Positions 1 through 10,739 of a stretch of 64,000 nt of DNA are shown in pieces. This stretch comes from a virus. Within the stretch, counting starts at the first letter, position 1. Every line of letters starts with the position of its first letter. The notes under the pieces were generated by a model that was not told the DNA's origin, searched no databases, and saw nothing but the letters and a program-made list of their open reading frames with translations. The translations under genes and the position numbers were made by a program. The stretch is taken from positions 32,001-96,000 of IMG/VR virus record IMGVR_UViG_3300037225_000856; one strand, 5' to 3'.

Positions 1-1
1 G

Positions 2-1189
2 GCAAACACTCAAGGTAGTGAGTTGTCAAAATCTAACAAAGAATTGGTTGATATAAAAACCAAAAACACAAAAGCTAAACGTAGAACAAGTGAAGAAATC
101 TTAGCAAAGTATTTTACTCCACGTAAGGATAGTGAATCCTTTAGAATTTTACCCCCAAAATCAGGCAGGAAAACTATTGAAGTTGCGTTTTTTCATGTTA
201 TTCAAACTAATATTGCTGGTGGAAAGAAAAAATTTTCAAAAATTTATTGTCCCACTCACAATGACCCAAGGGTAAAAAAGACAGATAAAAATGGTCAGGT
301 TGTATTGGATGAAAAAAATCTTCCAGTAATGATTCCAGCTCCATGTCCGTTATGTGAAAAATCAGCAAAATTACTTGAAACACAAGATCCTTCAATAAAA
401 TTCATCAAAAAAGAAAATATGACTGATGAACAGAAAAAAATTAACGAAAAAAATAAAGCAATTTTTATAGAAGCAAATAATTGGGCAGCAAAAAAATTCT
501 ATATTGTTCGTGGAATTGATATGGGTAATACTAAAGATGATATTAAATTCTGGAGATTTAAACACAGTTTTAAAGGTGATGGTACTCTTGAAAAACTTCT
601 TCCGGCTTTAAATGAATTTAATTCACTACATCAGGTTAGTTTTACTGATGTAAATAATGGAGCTACATTATATATTACTATGGGTTATACTAAAGTAGGT
701 GCTCAAGAATACAGAACAGTTTTAAGAATTAGTTCTCGTGGGAAATCTCCACTTCATACTGACCCATTGGTTATAGAAAAATGGGTTACTGAAGATATTA
801 CTTGGAGAGAAGTATTTCAACCAAGAAAAGCACCAAATATTACGCCATTTGAATATCTCCAAATGGTAAGTGTTGGAATTGACCCTTATTGGGATGATAG
901 TGATTCAAACAAGAAGCATTGGGTATTTCCAAACAATCCAGAATTAGAAGAACGTGCAAATACTCGTACACAAAATCTTGATGCTGATAATGATGAAAAA
1001 ATCGAATATGCTTCTGATGTGGTTGATGAAGAATATTCATATGTTCCTATCAGTATAACTCCTGTTAATACACCCATTTCTAATGTAGAAACATCAATCA
1101 CACTTTCAAATGAAAATGCGGATTTACAGGTAATTGATGAAGAAGATCAGGGGAAATCAGGTAATGAGTATGACGATTTGCCATTCTGA
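2..1189 (+). CDS. T4 gp32-like single-stranded DNA-binding protein (true start probably at or just before the window edge)
   Basis: FRILP, FFH, YCP..H..CPLC Zn-type motif, KFWRF and acidic tail ending DDLPF; lies directly upstream of a RecA-like gene. The frame is open from position 2; the ORF-track start at 23 is a TTG. Confidence 0.75.
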   Translation, partial: ANTQGSELSKSNKELVDIKTKNTKAKRRTSEEILAKYFTPRKDSESFRILPPKSGRKTIEVAFFHVIQTNIAGGKKKFSKIYCPTHNDPRVKKTDKNGQVVLDEKNLPVMIPAPCPLCEKSAKLLETQDPSIKFIKKENMTDEQKKINEKNKAIFIEANNWAAKKFYIVRGIDMGNTKDDIKFWRFKHSFKGDGTLEKLLPALNEFNSLHQVSFTDVNNGATLYITMGYTKVGAQEYRTVLRISSRGKSPLHTDPLVIEKWVTEDITWREVFQPRKAPNITPFEYLQMVSVGIDPYWDDSDSNKKHWVFPNNPELEERANTRTQNLDADNDEKIEYASDVVDEEYSYVPISITPVNTPISNVETSITLSNENADLQVIDEEDQGKSGNEYDDLPF

Positions 1190-1230
1190 TGTAATTGATA
1201 GTCAGTTAGTTTCAAAAATAATTTTTTATA

Positions 1231-1262
1231 ATAAAGGGGAAAAATGAAAATTTCCCCTTTAT
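1231..1262 (+). terminator. intrinsic terminator-like hairpin
   Basis: ATAAAGGGGAAA-loop-TTTCCCCTTTAT after the SSB stop. Confidence 0.6.
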
Positions 1263-1288
1263 TATCTTATTTAAAAAAATAAAATATT

Positions 1289-2419
1289 ATGACAAAAGTA
1301 GCAGAAGAAGTACCTTCAAATGACAAGGTACGCAAACCAATACCTAAAAAGAATTTCTCGTTAGATAATTATAAGAAAAAAATTGGTGCAGAAGATATTC
1401 CAGACAAACCGTTAGAATGGATAAAACTGAATCCTTCAATGGAAAAAGCTACAGGATTACCCGGATTTCCTAAAGGATATGTTTCAGTACCACGTGGTTA
1501 TACAAATACTGGTAAATCAACAGCATTGTGTGAAGCAATTGTAAGTGCACAAAAAATGGGCATTTTTCCAATTATTATTGATACTGAAAACAATTTAGGT
1601 ATTAGTAGATTAGAAACTATGGGATTTGATTGGAGTGGTAATTATATTATTGTTGACAATGAATATCTTCTTGAAAATTTTGGCAGAAAACAAGACCCAA
1701 AAAGAAATGAAGCAGCAATTGAAGATATGGCAAAATGTATTTATTTTTTCCTTGATCAGCAAGATGCTGGCGATCTTCCATTTGATTTATTATTTGCAAT
1801 TGATTCTATTGGTACATTAAATTGTATTAAAACTATTAATGCAGAAGAGAAAAATGGTACGGACAATAATATGTGGAACGCAGGGTCCAGCGAAAAGTCA
1901 TTTATGAATTTATTAAATAATATTATTCCAAACAGTAGAAAAGTTAATAAACCATATACAAATACACTTATAGCTGTTCAGAAAATATGGTATGATTCGA
2001 TGAATAAAGTGATTAAACACAAACATGGCGAAACGTTTTTCTTTGGTGCAAGATTAATATATCATTTTGGTGGCATTTTAACTCATGGTACTCAAAGAGT
2101 TATTGCAACCAGCAAAAAACGTGATGTTGCTTATGGTATTGAAACAAAAGTAAATGTTGCGAAGAATCACATTAATGGTCCACTTGGTGGTATATCAATG
2201 GAAGGTAAGATTATATCAACCCCGCACGGATTCGTATTTCCTGATGACCTTGATGAATATAAGAAAAAAAATATATTATATTTTCGTAATATATTTGGCG
2301 AAGACACTAATGCAGAAGATATTACTAATAAATTCAAAAAAGTTTCAGGTGATGGAGAAACAGATTCATTTGAAGATGAAATAATTGAAAGAAGTCCAGA
2401 ATTACCAGAAATTGAATAA
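1289..2419 (+). CDS. uvsX: UvsX/RecA-like recombinase
   Basis: Walker A GYTNTGKST, IIDTEN, Walker B AIDS, KNH motif; between SSB and exonuclease. Confidence 0.85.
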   Translation: MTKVAEEVPSNDKVRKPIPKKNFSLDNYKKKIGAEDIPDKPLEWIKLNPSMEKATGLPGFPKGYVSVPRGYTNTGKSTALCEAIVSAQKMGIFPIIIDTENNLGISRLETMGFDWSGNYIIVDNEYLLENFGRKQDPKRNEAAIEDMAKCIYFFLDQQDAGDLPFDLLFAIDSIGTLNCIKTINAEEKNGTDNNMWNAGSSEKSFMNLLNNIIPNSRKVNKPYTNTLIAVQKIWYDSMNKVIKHKHGETFFFGARLIYHFGGILTHGTQRVIATSKKRDVAYGIETKVNVAKNHINGPLGGISMEGKIISTPHGFVFPDDLDEYKKKNILYFRNIFGEDTNAEDITNKFKKVSGDGETDSFEDEIIERSPELPEIE

Positions 2420-2466
2420 TGAAAATCTTTGGTAAGTGACAATAAGTCACCCGCCAATTTTTAAAT

Positions 2467-3411
2467 ATGAGAAAAGCAAATAAATATTGGACAAAAGAAC
2501 GCTGTATTGAAGAAGCGTTAAAATATGATAGTAGAACTGATTTTAAAAATAAATCAAGTGCGTGTTATTCAATATCAGTAAGAAAGGGTTGGCATGATGA
2601 GATATGTCAACACATGATATATAAACAATTACCTAATGGTTATTGGACAAAAAAAAAGTGTCATGAAGAAGCATTAAAATATAATGCCAGAAGAGAATTT
2701 CAAAAAAATTCAAAATCGGCTTATTCAGTGGCGCATACCAATGGATGGTTAAATGACATATGTGTACATATGCATAGAGAAGCACTTTTAAGTGATTATT
2801 GGACGAAAGAAAAATGTCAGGCAGAAGCGTTAAAATATAAAACTAAAAAGGAGTTTAAAGAAAATTGTCGTCAGGCATATACAATTTCATGTAATAATAA
2901 ATGGATTGATGAAATTTCGAAACATATGTCTTTATTAAAAAAACCTATTAGTTATTGGACTGAAGAAATGTGTAAAGCAGAAGCATTAAAATATCAATAT
3001 AAAACAGATTATATAATACATTCACAAAAAGCATATAATATTGCCCAAAAAAATGGTTGGAACAAAAGACATTGCAATCATATGATAATTTTAGGTGATA
3101 AGTATAATAGATTAATATATGTATATGAATTTTTAGATAATTACGCATATGTTGGTTTAACATTTAATATGAAAAAAAGAAATGCAAAACATTTAAGTTT
3201 AAATGAAATTAAACTCACTTCTGTGGCTAAACATATGTCTGAGACTAATTTAACTCCAACCTTAATAAAATTAACAGATTATTTGCCTGTTAAAGTTGCA
3301 CAAAATTTAGAAGATTTTTATATTGAAAAATATAAAAAAGGCGGATGGTTATTATTAAATAAACTTAAAGGAGGCGGATTAGGTTCAACAAGAAAAATAA
3401 TCAGAAAATGA
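2467..3411 (+). mobile_element. free-standing GIY-YIG homing endonuclease with N-terminal YWTKEKC..EALKY repeats
   Basis: four ~52-aa repeats, then IYVYEF..AYVGLT..R..H and LLN..GG. Confidence 0.75.
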
Positions 3412-4451
3412 AAATAAGAACATTACTTGTAGATGGCTCATATTTGCTTCAGCGTTCATTTCACGGAGCAAAAGATGTTTATAATAGTAAGGGAATACAT
3501 ATTGGTGGATTATACCAATTTTTAACAACACTTCGTAAGTTAATTAAAGAACACATGATAACAAAGGTCGTTATTATGTGGGACGGTGAATTTGGGGGAA
3601 AGGCTCGATATAATATTGATAATCAATATAAAGCCAATAGAATTTCAAAATCTTGGCACAATAAAATTGAATTAACTGATCGTGAAATAAAAATTGAAAA
3701 AGAAAAAAAAGACTCAATTCTTTTCCAAAGAACAAGAATTAAGGCTTATCTTGAAGAAATCTTCATAAGACAGGTTGAAATATTGGAAACAGAGGCTGAC
3801 GATCTTATTGCTGCTTATTGTTTAAAATATAATAATCTTGAAGAATTATTTATCTATTCAAGTGATAGGGATTTTGCACAATTACTAGATTTAAATATTA
3901 CAATATTATTTCCAAATATCGATCAACCAGTAAATAAGGCAAATTATATGATGTATTTTAATCACCATTATTCAAATGCGTTAATGCTTAAAATAATATG
4001 TGGTGATATCTCTGATAATATTGATGGCATTGAAGGAATGGGAGAAGATACTCTTTTAAAATATTTTCCTGAAATAAAATTTAAACACCTGACAGTTAGA
4101 GAAATTTGTAAAAGAGCAGATGAAATTAATCATGAAAGAGTTTTAAATAAAAAGAAACCTTTAAAGGCACTTGATAATCTTTTACATAACATCAACAGAC
4201 TGAAAACTAATTTTCAATTAGTTAATCTAAGAGAACCAATGATCAATGATGAAGTGAGAACAGAACTGGATAATATCGATTCACCATTGTCACTTGAGGA
4301 TAGAGGTAGTAAAAATCTCATTAAAATGATGAAAGAAGATGAATTTTTAACAGTTTATGGTAGTACGTTTGTTCAATATGTAGAACCATTTTATACTGTA
4401 ATTATGTGTGAAAGAGACTTATATCAAAAAAGCACCAATAAGAAAAAATAG
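3408..4451 (+). CDS. 5'-3' exonuclease / T4 RNase H-like flap endonuclease
   Basis: LLVDG, WDG, YKANR, EADD, SSDRD, GDISDNIDGIEGMG (H3TH). Confidence 0.9.
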   Translation: MKIRTLLVDGSYLLQRSFHGAKDVYNSKGIHIGGLYQFLTTLRKLIKEHMITKVVIMWDGEFGGKARYNIDNQYKANRISKSWHNKIELTDREIKIEKEKKDSILFQRTRIKAYLEEIFIRQVEILETEADDLIAAYCLKYNNLEELFIYSSDRDFAQLLDLNITILFPNIDQPVNKANYMMYFNHHYSNALMLKIICGDISDNIDGIEGMGEDTLLKYFPEIKFKHLTVREICKRADEINHERVLNKKKPLKALDNLLHNINRLKTNFQLVNLREPMINDEVRTELDNIDSPLSLEDRGSKNLIKMMKEDEFLTVYGSTFVQYVEPFYTVIMCERDLYQKSTNKKK

Positions 4452-4488
4452 TTTTTAAAAAATCCTTTCTATTTAGAAAGATTTTAAA

Positions 4489-4496
4489 TATATTTG
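4489..4496 (+). promoter_or_regulatory. Bacteroidota primary-sigma -7 element TATATTTG
   Basis: matches TAnnTTTG, about 30 nt upstream of ATG 4529. Confidence 0.55.
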
Positions 4497-4528
4497 TATA
4501 GTTTATTAACAATTTAAAATTTAATAAA

Positions 4529-5140
4529 ATGAATGAAAAAGAACGCAGTAATTTATTTAGATTTTCACTGTATCAGGAAAATATTTTATTGTGTGAAAAG
4601 GTATTTAATGCTGATCAATTTAATCCTTTCACAAGATATTCAATAGATATTAGAGATATTTTACCGAGATCAATTACTAAATTACAAAAAGCACTTTCTA
4701 AGAGAAATTATGATACTCTTATTGAAGGTGGCGAAGCATATGGAGATTTGTATCAATATAATCAAAGGATGATTAATATGTATTCGAAAGAATATAGAGA
4801 GAATATGCGTTATAATCCACAACCAATTGTTCAACAGATAGAAGAAAAAACAATTCGTGGTGTTGAATGTAAGATCGGATTTTATATTAACGATAAACCA
4901 ATTGTTGAAAGAATGTTTTATGTTGATGGTTTTAATCCTGTTGCAAGATGGTCATATGAGCTAACTCATAATGTAATTGTAATTGCAAATGACATTTTTA
5001 ATCAAATAAAAAGAAATGATATTAAAAATATGTGGGATGATTATGATTTAATTAATATTAGAGGATTATCAATTACTCAAATCAGAGAACTTTCTCCTTC
5101 TAAAAGAGAGGAAATGTTAAGAAGAATTAGACGAAATTAA
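4529..5140 (+). CDS. hypothetical phage protein
   Basis: 203-aa ORF, A-rich start context, no recognised motif. Confidence 0.6.
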   Translation: MNEKERSNLFRFSLYQENILLCEKVFNADQFNPFTRYSIDIRDILPRSITKLQKALSKRNYDTLIEGGEAYGDLYQYNQRMINMYSKEYRENMRYNPQPIVQQIEEKTIRGVECKIGFYINDKPIVERMFYVDGFNPVARWSYELTHNVIVIANDIFNQIKRNDIKNMWDDYDLINIRGLSITQIRELSPSKREEMLRRIRRN

Positions 5141-5153
5141 AAAATAAAAAATT

Positions 5154-6218
5154 ATGAATGAAAATATAATTATAAATCCAGAATTACACAATCTGCTTGA
5201 CCCATTATCAGAAGAAGAATATAAATATCTTGAAGAAAGTCTTCTTAAAGAAGGATGTAGAGATTCAATAATATTGTGGAATGAAACACTCATAGATGGT
5301 CATAACAGATATGAAATATGTCAAAAATATAATATTAAATTTAATACATATCAATTAAATTTTGAAAGTATTATTGAAGCTGAAAAATGGATAATAATTA
5401 ATGCTTTTGGTAGAAGAAATATAAACACTTATCAACGTTCAAAATATTATTTAAAATATGAAAAACTTATAGCACCAATAGCAAAAGAAAACCAAAAATT
5501 GTCAAAGGGACGTGGAAAAAAAGGTTTGCAGATATCTGCAGACCTTAATATTGATACTCGTGAAGAAGTTGCAAAAAAAGCTGGAGTATCTCATGATACT
5601 ATTTATAAAGTTAAAAAAATTGAAGCAAAAGCTACTGATGAAATAAAAGAACAATTATCGTCTGGTGATATATCAGTGAATGAGGCTTATAAAAAAATAA
5701 CTGTCCATGTAGGTCAAAATTCGGGAGAAAATGAATGGTACACACCATCTAATATAATTGAATTAGCAAGACAGACTATGGGTTCAATTGATTTAGACCC
5801 AGCAACTTCAGAAATCGCAAATGAGACAGTAAAAGCAGAGGAAATATTCACTAAAGAAACTAATGGATTGGATAAACCTTGGAGTGGAAATGTGTGGTTA
5901 AATCCACCATATTCACAACCTTTAATTACTGAATTTTCAAAAAAAATAGTTGATGAACTGTCTAATATAAACCAAGCATGTGTATTGGTTAATAATGCAA
6001 CAGAAACAAATTGGTTACAAAATATAATGAGTGTTTGTAATGCTGTTTGTTTAATAAAAAGTAGAATAAAATTTATTGATATGAATGGTAATGCATCTGG
6101 TGCTCCATTACAAGGTCAAATTATTTTATATTTCGGTAATAATTTAAATAATTTTTATAATAATTTTAACACATTAGGAATATGTCTGAAGAAAATGACG
6201 ATAGAAGAGGAACAATAA
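5154..6218 (+). CDS. ParB-like N-terminal domain fused to phage Dam-type DNA N6-adenine methyltransferase
   Basis: LIDGHNRY and GRRN (ParB/Srx), an HTH, then ENEWYTP, DLDPA, WLNPPY. Confidence 0.85.
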   Translation: MNENIIINPELHNLLDPLSEEEYKYLEESLLKEGCRDSIILWNETLIDGHNRYEICQKYNIKFNTYQLNFESIIEAEKWIIINAFGRRNINTYQRSKYYLKYEKLIAPIAKENQKLSKGRGKKGLQISADLNIDTREEVAKKAGVSHDTIYKVKKIEAKATDEIKEQLSSGDISVNEAYKKITVHVGQNSGENEWYTPSNIIELARQTMGSIDLDPATSEIANETVKAEEIFTKETNGLDKPWSGNVWLNPPYSQPLITEFSKKIVDELSNINQACVLVNNATETNWLQNIMSVCNAVCLIKSRIKFIDMNGNASGAPLQGQIILYFGNNLNNFYNNFNTLGICLKKMTIEEEQ

Positions 6219-6619
6219 AATATCCTGAACGTTATATACAATCAAAATTAATTTCATATCAAGGAATGGTGAGAATAAGAAATATTACTCCAACCGATAT
6301 TGATGGATTAATTGATTATAATGGTAATGTATTTGTTTATTTAGAAGGAAAATTAATTGGTAAAGATTTAGATTATGGACAAAGATTATGTTTTGAACAT
6401 TTAGTTCAATCGCATGAAAAAGCAGGAAATTTTTCGTGGGTGTTAGTTTTTGAATTTAATGAACCAGTTACTGAAATTATAATTGCAAAAAATAAATTTG
6501 TTCGTGAAATTTATGAGAGTAAAAGATTAAAATGGAGACCACCAGAGAAAAAAATAACATTAATTGAAGCTATTGAAGAAATTGAAAATTATTGTACAAA
6601 ACGTGGAATTCAAATATAA
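6182..6619 (+). CDS. putative PD-(D/E)xK-fold nuclease
   Basis: PTDIDG..VYLEGK..GQ motif; overlaps the MTase stop. Confidence 0.5.
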   Translation: MSEENDDRRGTIKYPERYIQSKLISYQGMVRIRNITPTDIDGLIDYNGNVFVYLEGKLIGKDLDYGQRLCFEHLVQSHEKAGNFSWVLVFEFNEPVTEIIIAKNKFVREIYESKRLKWRPPEKKITLIEAIEEIENYCTKRGIQI

Positions 6620-6634
6620 ATAATCTTATACTTC

Positions 6635-9025
6635 TTATAAGGTTTTTTCTTCTTCATCCTTAATACCCTCTTCTTTACACCATCTTTGTACTGTTCTTAA
6701 CTCTACATCACCTATTCTTCCCCATAATTCTTTCTCTTTTGGATATTGTTTACAGGCTTCAAGACATGCTTTCTTTTGATCACTGGTGACTTTTTTTCTT
6801 CCATCCATTTTTTGCTTGTCAACCATTTGTCTTGGTATATCAAATAAAAGTGCTAAATATTCGTTGGTATAGCCTAATAATTGCATTTTTATTATAGTAT
6901 CGTTTCGAACTGAAATACTCATATTTTTATATTTTTGTTGTTCAATACCAAACATCAATCTGACGAATGCTTCACGATAACTATTCATAATAATATCTGA
7001 AAGTTCTTTTGCTCGTGGGTCAACTGGCAATTTATCGTTACTAACCCAATCAGTAGGCATCTTATCGTTAAGAAACCCCAAATCAAAAGTATAATATTTT
7101 TCATAATGATAAAGTGCTGAAAATATCAATATTAATCGTTTATGCATTATCCACATACGTTTAATAACATCAGTGTTAAATTTATAAATATATTTAACAT
7201 TTTTTTCAAATTCTGAATATTCTTCAAATAATTTAGTGTCCATTTCTTCACCTAAATCCAAATAAAGTGATTCTTTTAAATCATTTAAACCTTTCCAAAG
7301 TTGAAAAAAATTAGTTTTATTTGTTTCTATCATTTCATTGATGAACTCGATAAGAACATTTTCATCTTTTTGCCTTAATTCATTTAGACTATTAATTTCG
7401 AAAGCTAAAAATCTTGATAGTAAACCATTGTCAACGTTAGCATTTGCAAAGAAATTATATGCTGTTTCAGGTGTTGAAGCTAATGTCATTGACAGATATG
7501 TTTCATTAATTACAAATTTACTATCGGCAAGATTTTTTTGATATCTCTCATGTCCCCAACATGCTAATATAAGATCAAGAAAAGCACCATATCTCGTATT
7601 ATTTGCACCAATAAGTGTTGCAGCTTCAGTTGTAGAAATAATTGCTCTACCATTGTTCTTTTTGAGTTCTTTTACAAATCCTGCTTTGGTTACATCAGCA
7701 CCAATAAATAAACTTCGATATACTGGCGCATGTTCCATAAAAGGTTTATTCTCTGCAAGTGCTTGTGCTTCTTTAGTTTTAAAATCACGATACTCTGCTG
7801 CATTTTGTCTGTCAATTTTTTCTTCAATTTTTGCACAAATTTTTTGCATTTCATTAATGGTGTTTTTTCCTGTTGATTGTTTAGCTATAACCCACATGAA
7901 TAAATTTGCCTCATATTCATATGACCCAAAATGTTTAAATTTAAGATTTGGTAATATTCCACTAACATTTGAAATTCCTGAAAGTAATGCCATAAATTTT
8001 GGTACATCAGTGAATTTCATTAATGGTATTTTTAACATACTTGGTAGTTTACTATATAATTCAATAGGTGGTAATATTACATCATTTTTTATTTTTTGAT
8101 TAACAAGTTTAGCAATTGCTTCTTTTGCTCGTATAAGATATTTGTTAATTCCTGATTTATCACCGTTAAAATCTCTTAAAATAATATTATATTTATCATC
8201 ACATTCACTGTAATTATATTTATCTGATACTGAACATATATTATGATAAATTTGACGACCTTCCTCACCAAACGTGCAGAGACTAAAACCATAAGACAAC
8301 CAATCATCATAACTTTCAGTTAAATTTATTTTATTTTGTACAAGAAAAACTGACATATAAAAACATTCCTGATATAATTCATCAGAAATTTCAGTTTTTT
8401 TATACCCAGCAATTTCACCTTTTTCAAATTCATTTAATTTTTCAAATATATTTTCGAATTTTCCAGTATAATTCCATTCCCAACTATCTTCTTTTTGATA
8501 AAGATTATCAATATATGGAATATAGCACATTCTACTGATGTCCTTACCACTTTTATCAGTAACTAAATAATATTTATTTGCAAAATATTCCTCAAGTTCC
8601 TGATATAAATATTGCCATTTTAAAGGGTCTTTTAGATTATGTTTAACAACTACTTTCAAGCCGTCACCACTCGGACTTATAAATAACAAATATGTTTGAA
8701 TATCATTTTCAAGTTCTTGACGAACTTCCTCTAGACGTTCTACATGATCAAAATCAAGAACAATAAGTCCACTCATTTCTAATAAGTCTTCACTCTTACC
8801 AGTACCTCCAAATGTGCCACCAAATGTTATAGCTGAAAATAATTCTAATTTTTGTTGGCTGATTTCTTTTCTGGTTGCTTTAGGATTGTCTTTTAAAAAT
8901 TTTTTATATGTATTGGTGTTTTGTTTTAATTTTGAATCACTTGTTGCCCATGTTAAAATTTTATTTAAATCTGCAGGACGATGATCAGGACGATTATTAA
9001 CCTTTTTAAAATATTCTACTTTCAT
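6635..9025 (-). CDS. BT4734/VirE-N AEP primase-like + PriCT-2 + DUF3987 helicase-like protein
   Basis: SGLIVLDFDH, FISPSGDGLK, DKSGKDISRMCY; YDDWLSYG..SDKY (PriCT-2); AKQSTGK P-loop, NGLLSRFL; C-terminal HTH. It is the only long minus-strand gene. Confidence 0.8.
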   Translation of the reverse strand: MKVEYFKKVNNRPDHRPADLNKILTWATSDSKLKQNTNTYKKFLKDNPKATRKEISQQKLELFSAITFGGTFGGTGKSEDLLEMSGLIVLDFDHVERLEEVRQELENDIQTYLLFISPSGDGLKVVVKHNLKDPLKWQYLYQELEEYFANKYYLVTDKSGKDISRMCYIPYIDNLYQKEDSWEWNYTGKFENIFEKLNEFEKGEIAGYKKTEISDELYQECFYMSVFLVQNKINLTESYDDWLSYGFSLCTFGEEGRQIYHNICSVSDKYNYSECDDKYNIILRDFNGDKSGINKYLIRAKEAIAKLVNQKIKNDVILPPIELYSKLPSMLKIPLMKFTDVPKFMALLSGISNVSGILPNLKFKHFGSYEYEANLFMWVIAKQSTGKNTINEMQKICAKIEEKIDRQNAAEYRDFKTKEAQALAENKPFMEHAPVYRSLFIGADVTKAGFVKELKKNNGRAIISTTEAATLIGANNTRYGAFLDLILACWGHERYQKNLADSKFVINETYLSMTLASTPETAYNFFANANVDNGLLSRFLAFEINSLNELRQKDENVLIEFINEMIETNKTNFFQLWKGLNDLKESLYLDLGEEMDTKLFEEYSEFEKNVKYIYKFNTDVIKRMWIMHKRLILIFSALYHYEKYYTFDLGFLNDKMPTDWVSNDKLPVDPRAKELSDIIMNSYREAFVRLMFGIEQQKYKNMSISVRNDTIIKMQLLGYTNEYLALLFDIPRQMVDKQKMDGRKKVTSDQKKACLEACKQYPKEKELWGRIGDVELRTVQRWCKEEGIKDEEEKTL

Positions 9026-9051
9026 GTGTTTTTTTTTAGTTTTTAATATCT

Positions 9052-9059
9052 CAAAGATA
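9052..9059 (-). promoter_or_regulatory. Bacteroidota -7 element TATCTTTG for the primase-helicase gene
   Basis: CAAAGATA on + strand, about 26 nt upstream of the minus-strand ATG at 9025. Confidence 0.55.
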
Positions 9060-9267
9060 ATTTCTTTTAAAACTACTTCCTAATGTTTTTAAAAATAAAA
9101 CGACAGACGACATATTTTTTTTTAGTCATATTCTTACATATGATACGACACATGTCATAAAATGACCACAAAATTATCATATATATAATAATATAATAAA
9201 GAAGAAGAAAGGGTATGACATATGATTTTATTCATAATAATGGAATATTTTATAATAAAAATTATTA

Positions 9268-9307
9268 TTTGTTTTTCTTAATTATTTAAATTATCTTTGT
9301 ATTTATT
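9268..9307 (+). promoter_or_regulatory. composite promoter for the tRNA: TTTG-N20-TATCTTTG overlapping GTATTTAT
   Basis: TTTG 9268-9271, TATCTTTG 9292-9299, GTATTTATT 9299-9307. Confidence 0.6.
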
Positions 9308-9353
9308 ATTTTAAATAAAATATAATAAGAAATTTAATAAATTAATAATATAT

Positions 9354-9426
<73 letters not shown>

Positions 9427-9494
9427 CAAAAAACTTCGGTTTATAATATTTTTCGTAAATCGATTCTTAGCGAAATCAGGATTCTATCTGATTT

Positions 9495-9525
9495 AAACCT
9501 CACAGGTGAAAACTTGTGAGGTTTT
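9495..9525 (+). terminator. intrinsic terminator after tRNA
   Basis: AAACCTCACAGGT-GAAA-ACTTGTGAGGTTTT. Confidence 0.75.
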
Positions 9526-9635
9526 CTTATTTTATTATGTTTTTAATCAAAAACTTTTGTATTTATTATAAATGAAACCGAACCGAAAAGTTCGGTTGAT
9601 GCAATTAAGGGTACGGTTATGTAGATACAGAGATT

Positions 9636-10727
9636 ATGAAGGGATTAACAACATATGAATTTATAATGAAAGCAGGATTTGTGCATGGTGATAGGTATGA
9701 TTATTCTAAAGTTGATTATATTAATAATAGGACAATGGTAGATATTATATGCAAAGAACATGGATTATTTCAACAAAATGCTTCAAACCATCTTGCTGGT
9801 CAGAATTGTCCTATTTGTATGGGTAGGGGAAAAGGTAATAGTGAGAGATTTATTAATGCTGCAAAACAAAAACATGAAGATAAATATGATTATTCTTTAG
9901 TTAAATATAAAGGTAGTAAATCTAAAATAAATATTATTTGTAAAGAACATGGTGTTTTCGAGCAAAGACCCACAAGACATTTATGCGGTGATGGTTGTCC
10001 TAAATGCAATGGTGGTGTTAAATCAAATCATAATGAATTTATTCAGAAGGCAAATGTTATACATGATAATAAATATGATTATTCATTAGTTGATTATATT
10101 AATTCAATAACAAAGGTTAAAATAATTTGTAAAAAACATGGTATTTTTGAAATGAAACCAAATTCTCATTTATGTGGACAAGGTTGCTATATGTGTGGTA
10201 TTGAAAAAAATACTCATACCACAGCACAATTTATTGAAAAAGCACAAAAAATTCACGGTAATATATATGATTATAACTTAGTTGATTATATTCATAATAA
10301 CATAAAAATAAAAATAATTTGTCGTGAACATGGAATTTTTGAACAAAAACCCTATTCGCATTTAAATGGTAGAGGTTGTTCTAAATGTAAAACCAAATCA
10401 AAAGGTGAATTATTTATTGCCAATTGGCTAAGTCAAAATGTTATTAGTTTCGAAGTTCAAAAATCATTTATTGATTGTAAAAATGTGCTGCCTTTAAGAT
10501 ATGATTTTTATTTACCTAAATATAATATGCTTATTGAATATGACGGTGAACCCCATTTTAGAGAAGTTGCTTATTTGGGCGGTAAAAGAGGTTTTGAATT
10601 AAGACAAACCAATGATAAATTAAAAACAGATTATGCAATAAACAATAACATTAATTTATTGCGTATTCCTTATACTGAAAGAAAATGTCTTTCAAAAATA
10701 TTAAAAAATAATATTGTAACTACTTAA
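9636..10727 (+). mobile_element. homing-endonuclease-like protein: DUF723-type Zn repeats + Vsr/PD-(D/E)xK domain
   Basis: four HGDKYDYS.V.Y..IICK.HG.F.Q..HL.G.GCP.C repeats, then SKGE, RYDFYLP, IEYDGEPHF. Confidence 0.8.
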
Positions 10728-10739
10728 TAATCAAAGCAT

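Noticed and set aside
2420-3411. Group I intron or intein around the endonuclease genes
   Set aside because: Flanking genes appear complete with their own stops and starts; no split catalytic motifs and no intein C..HN signature seen in polymerase, helicase or UvsX
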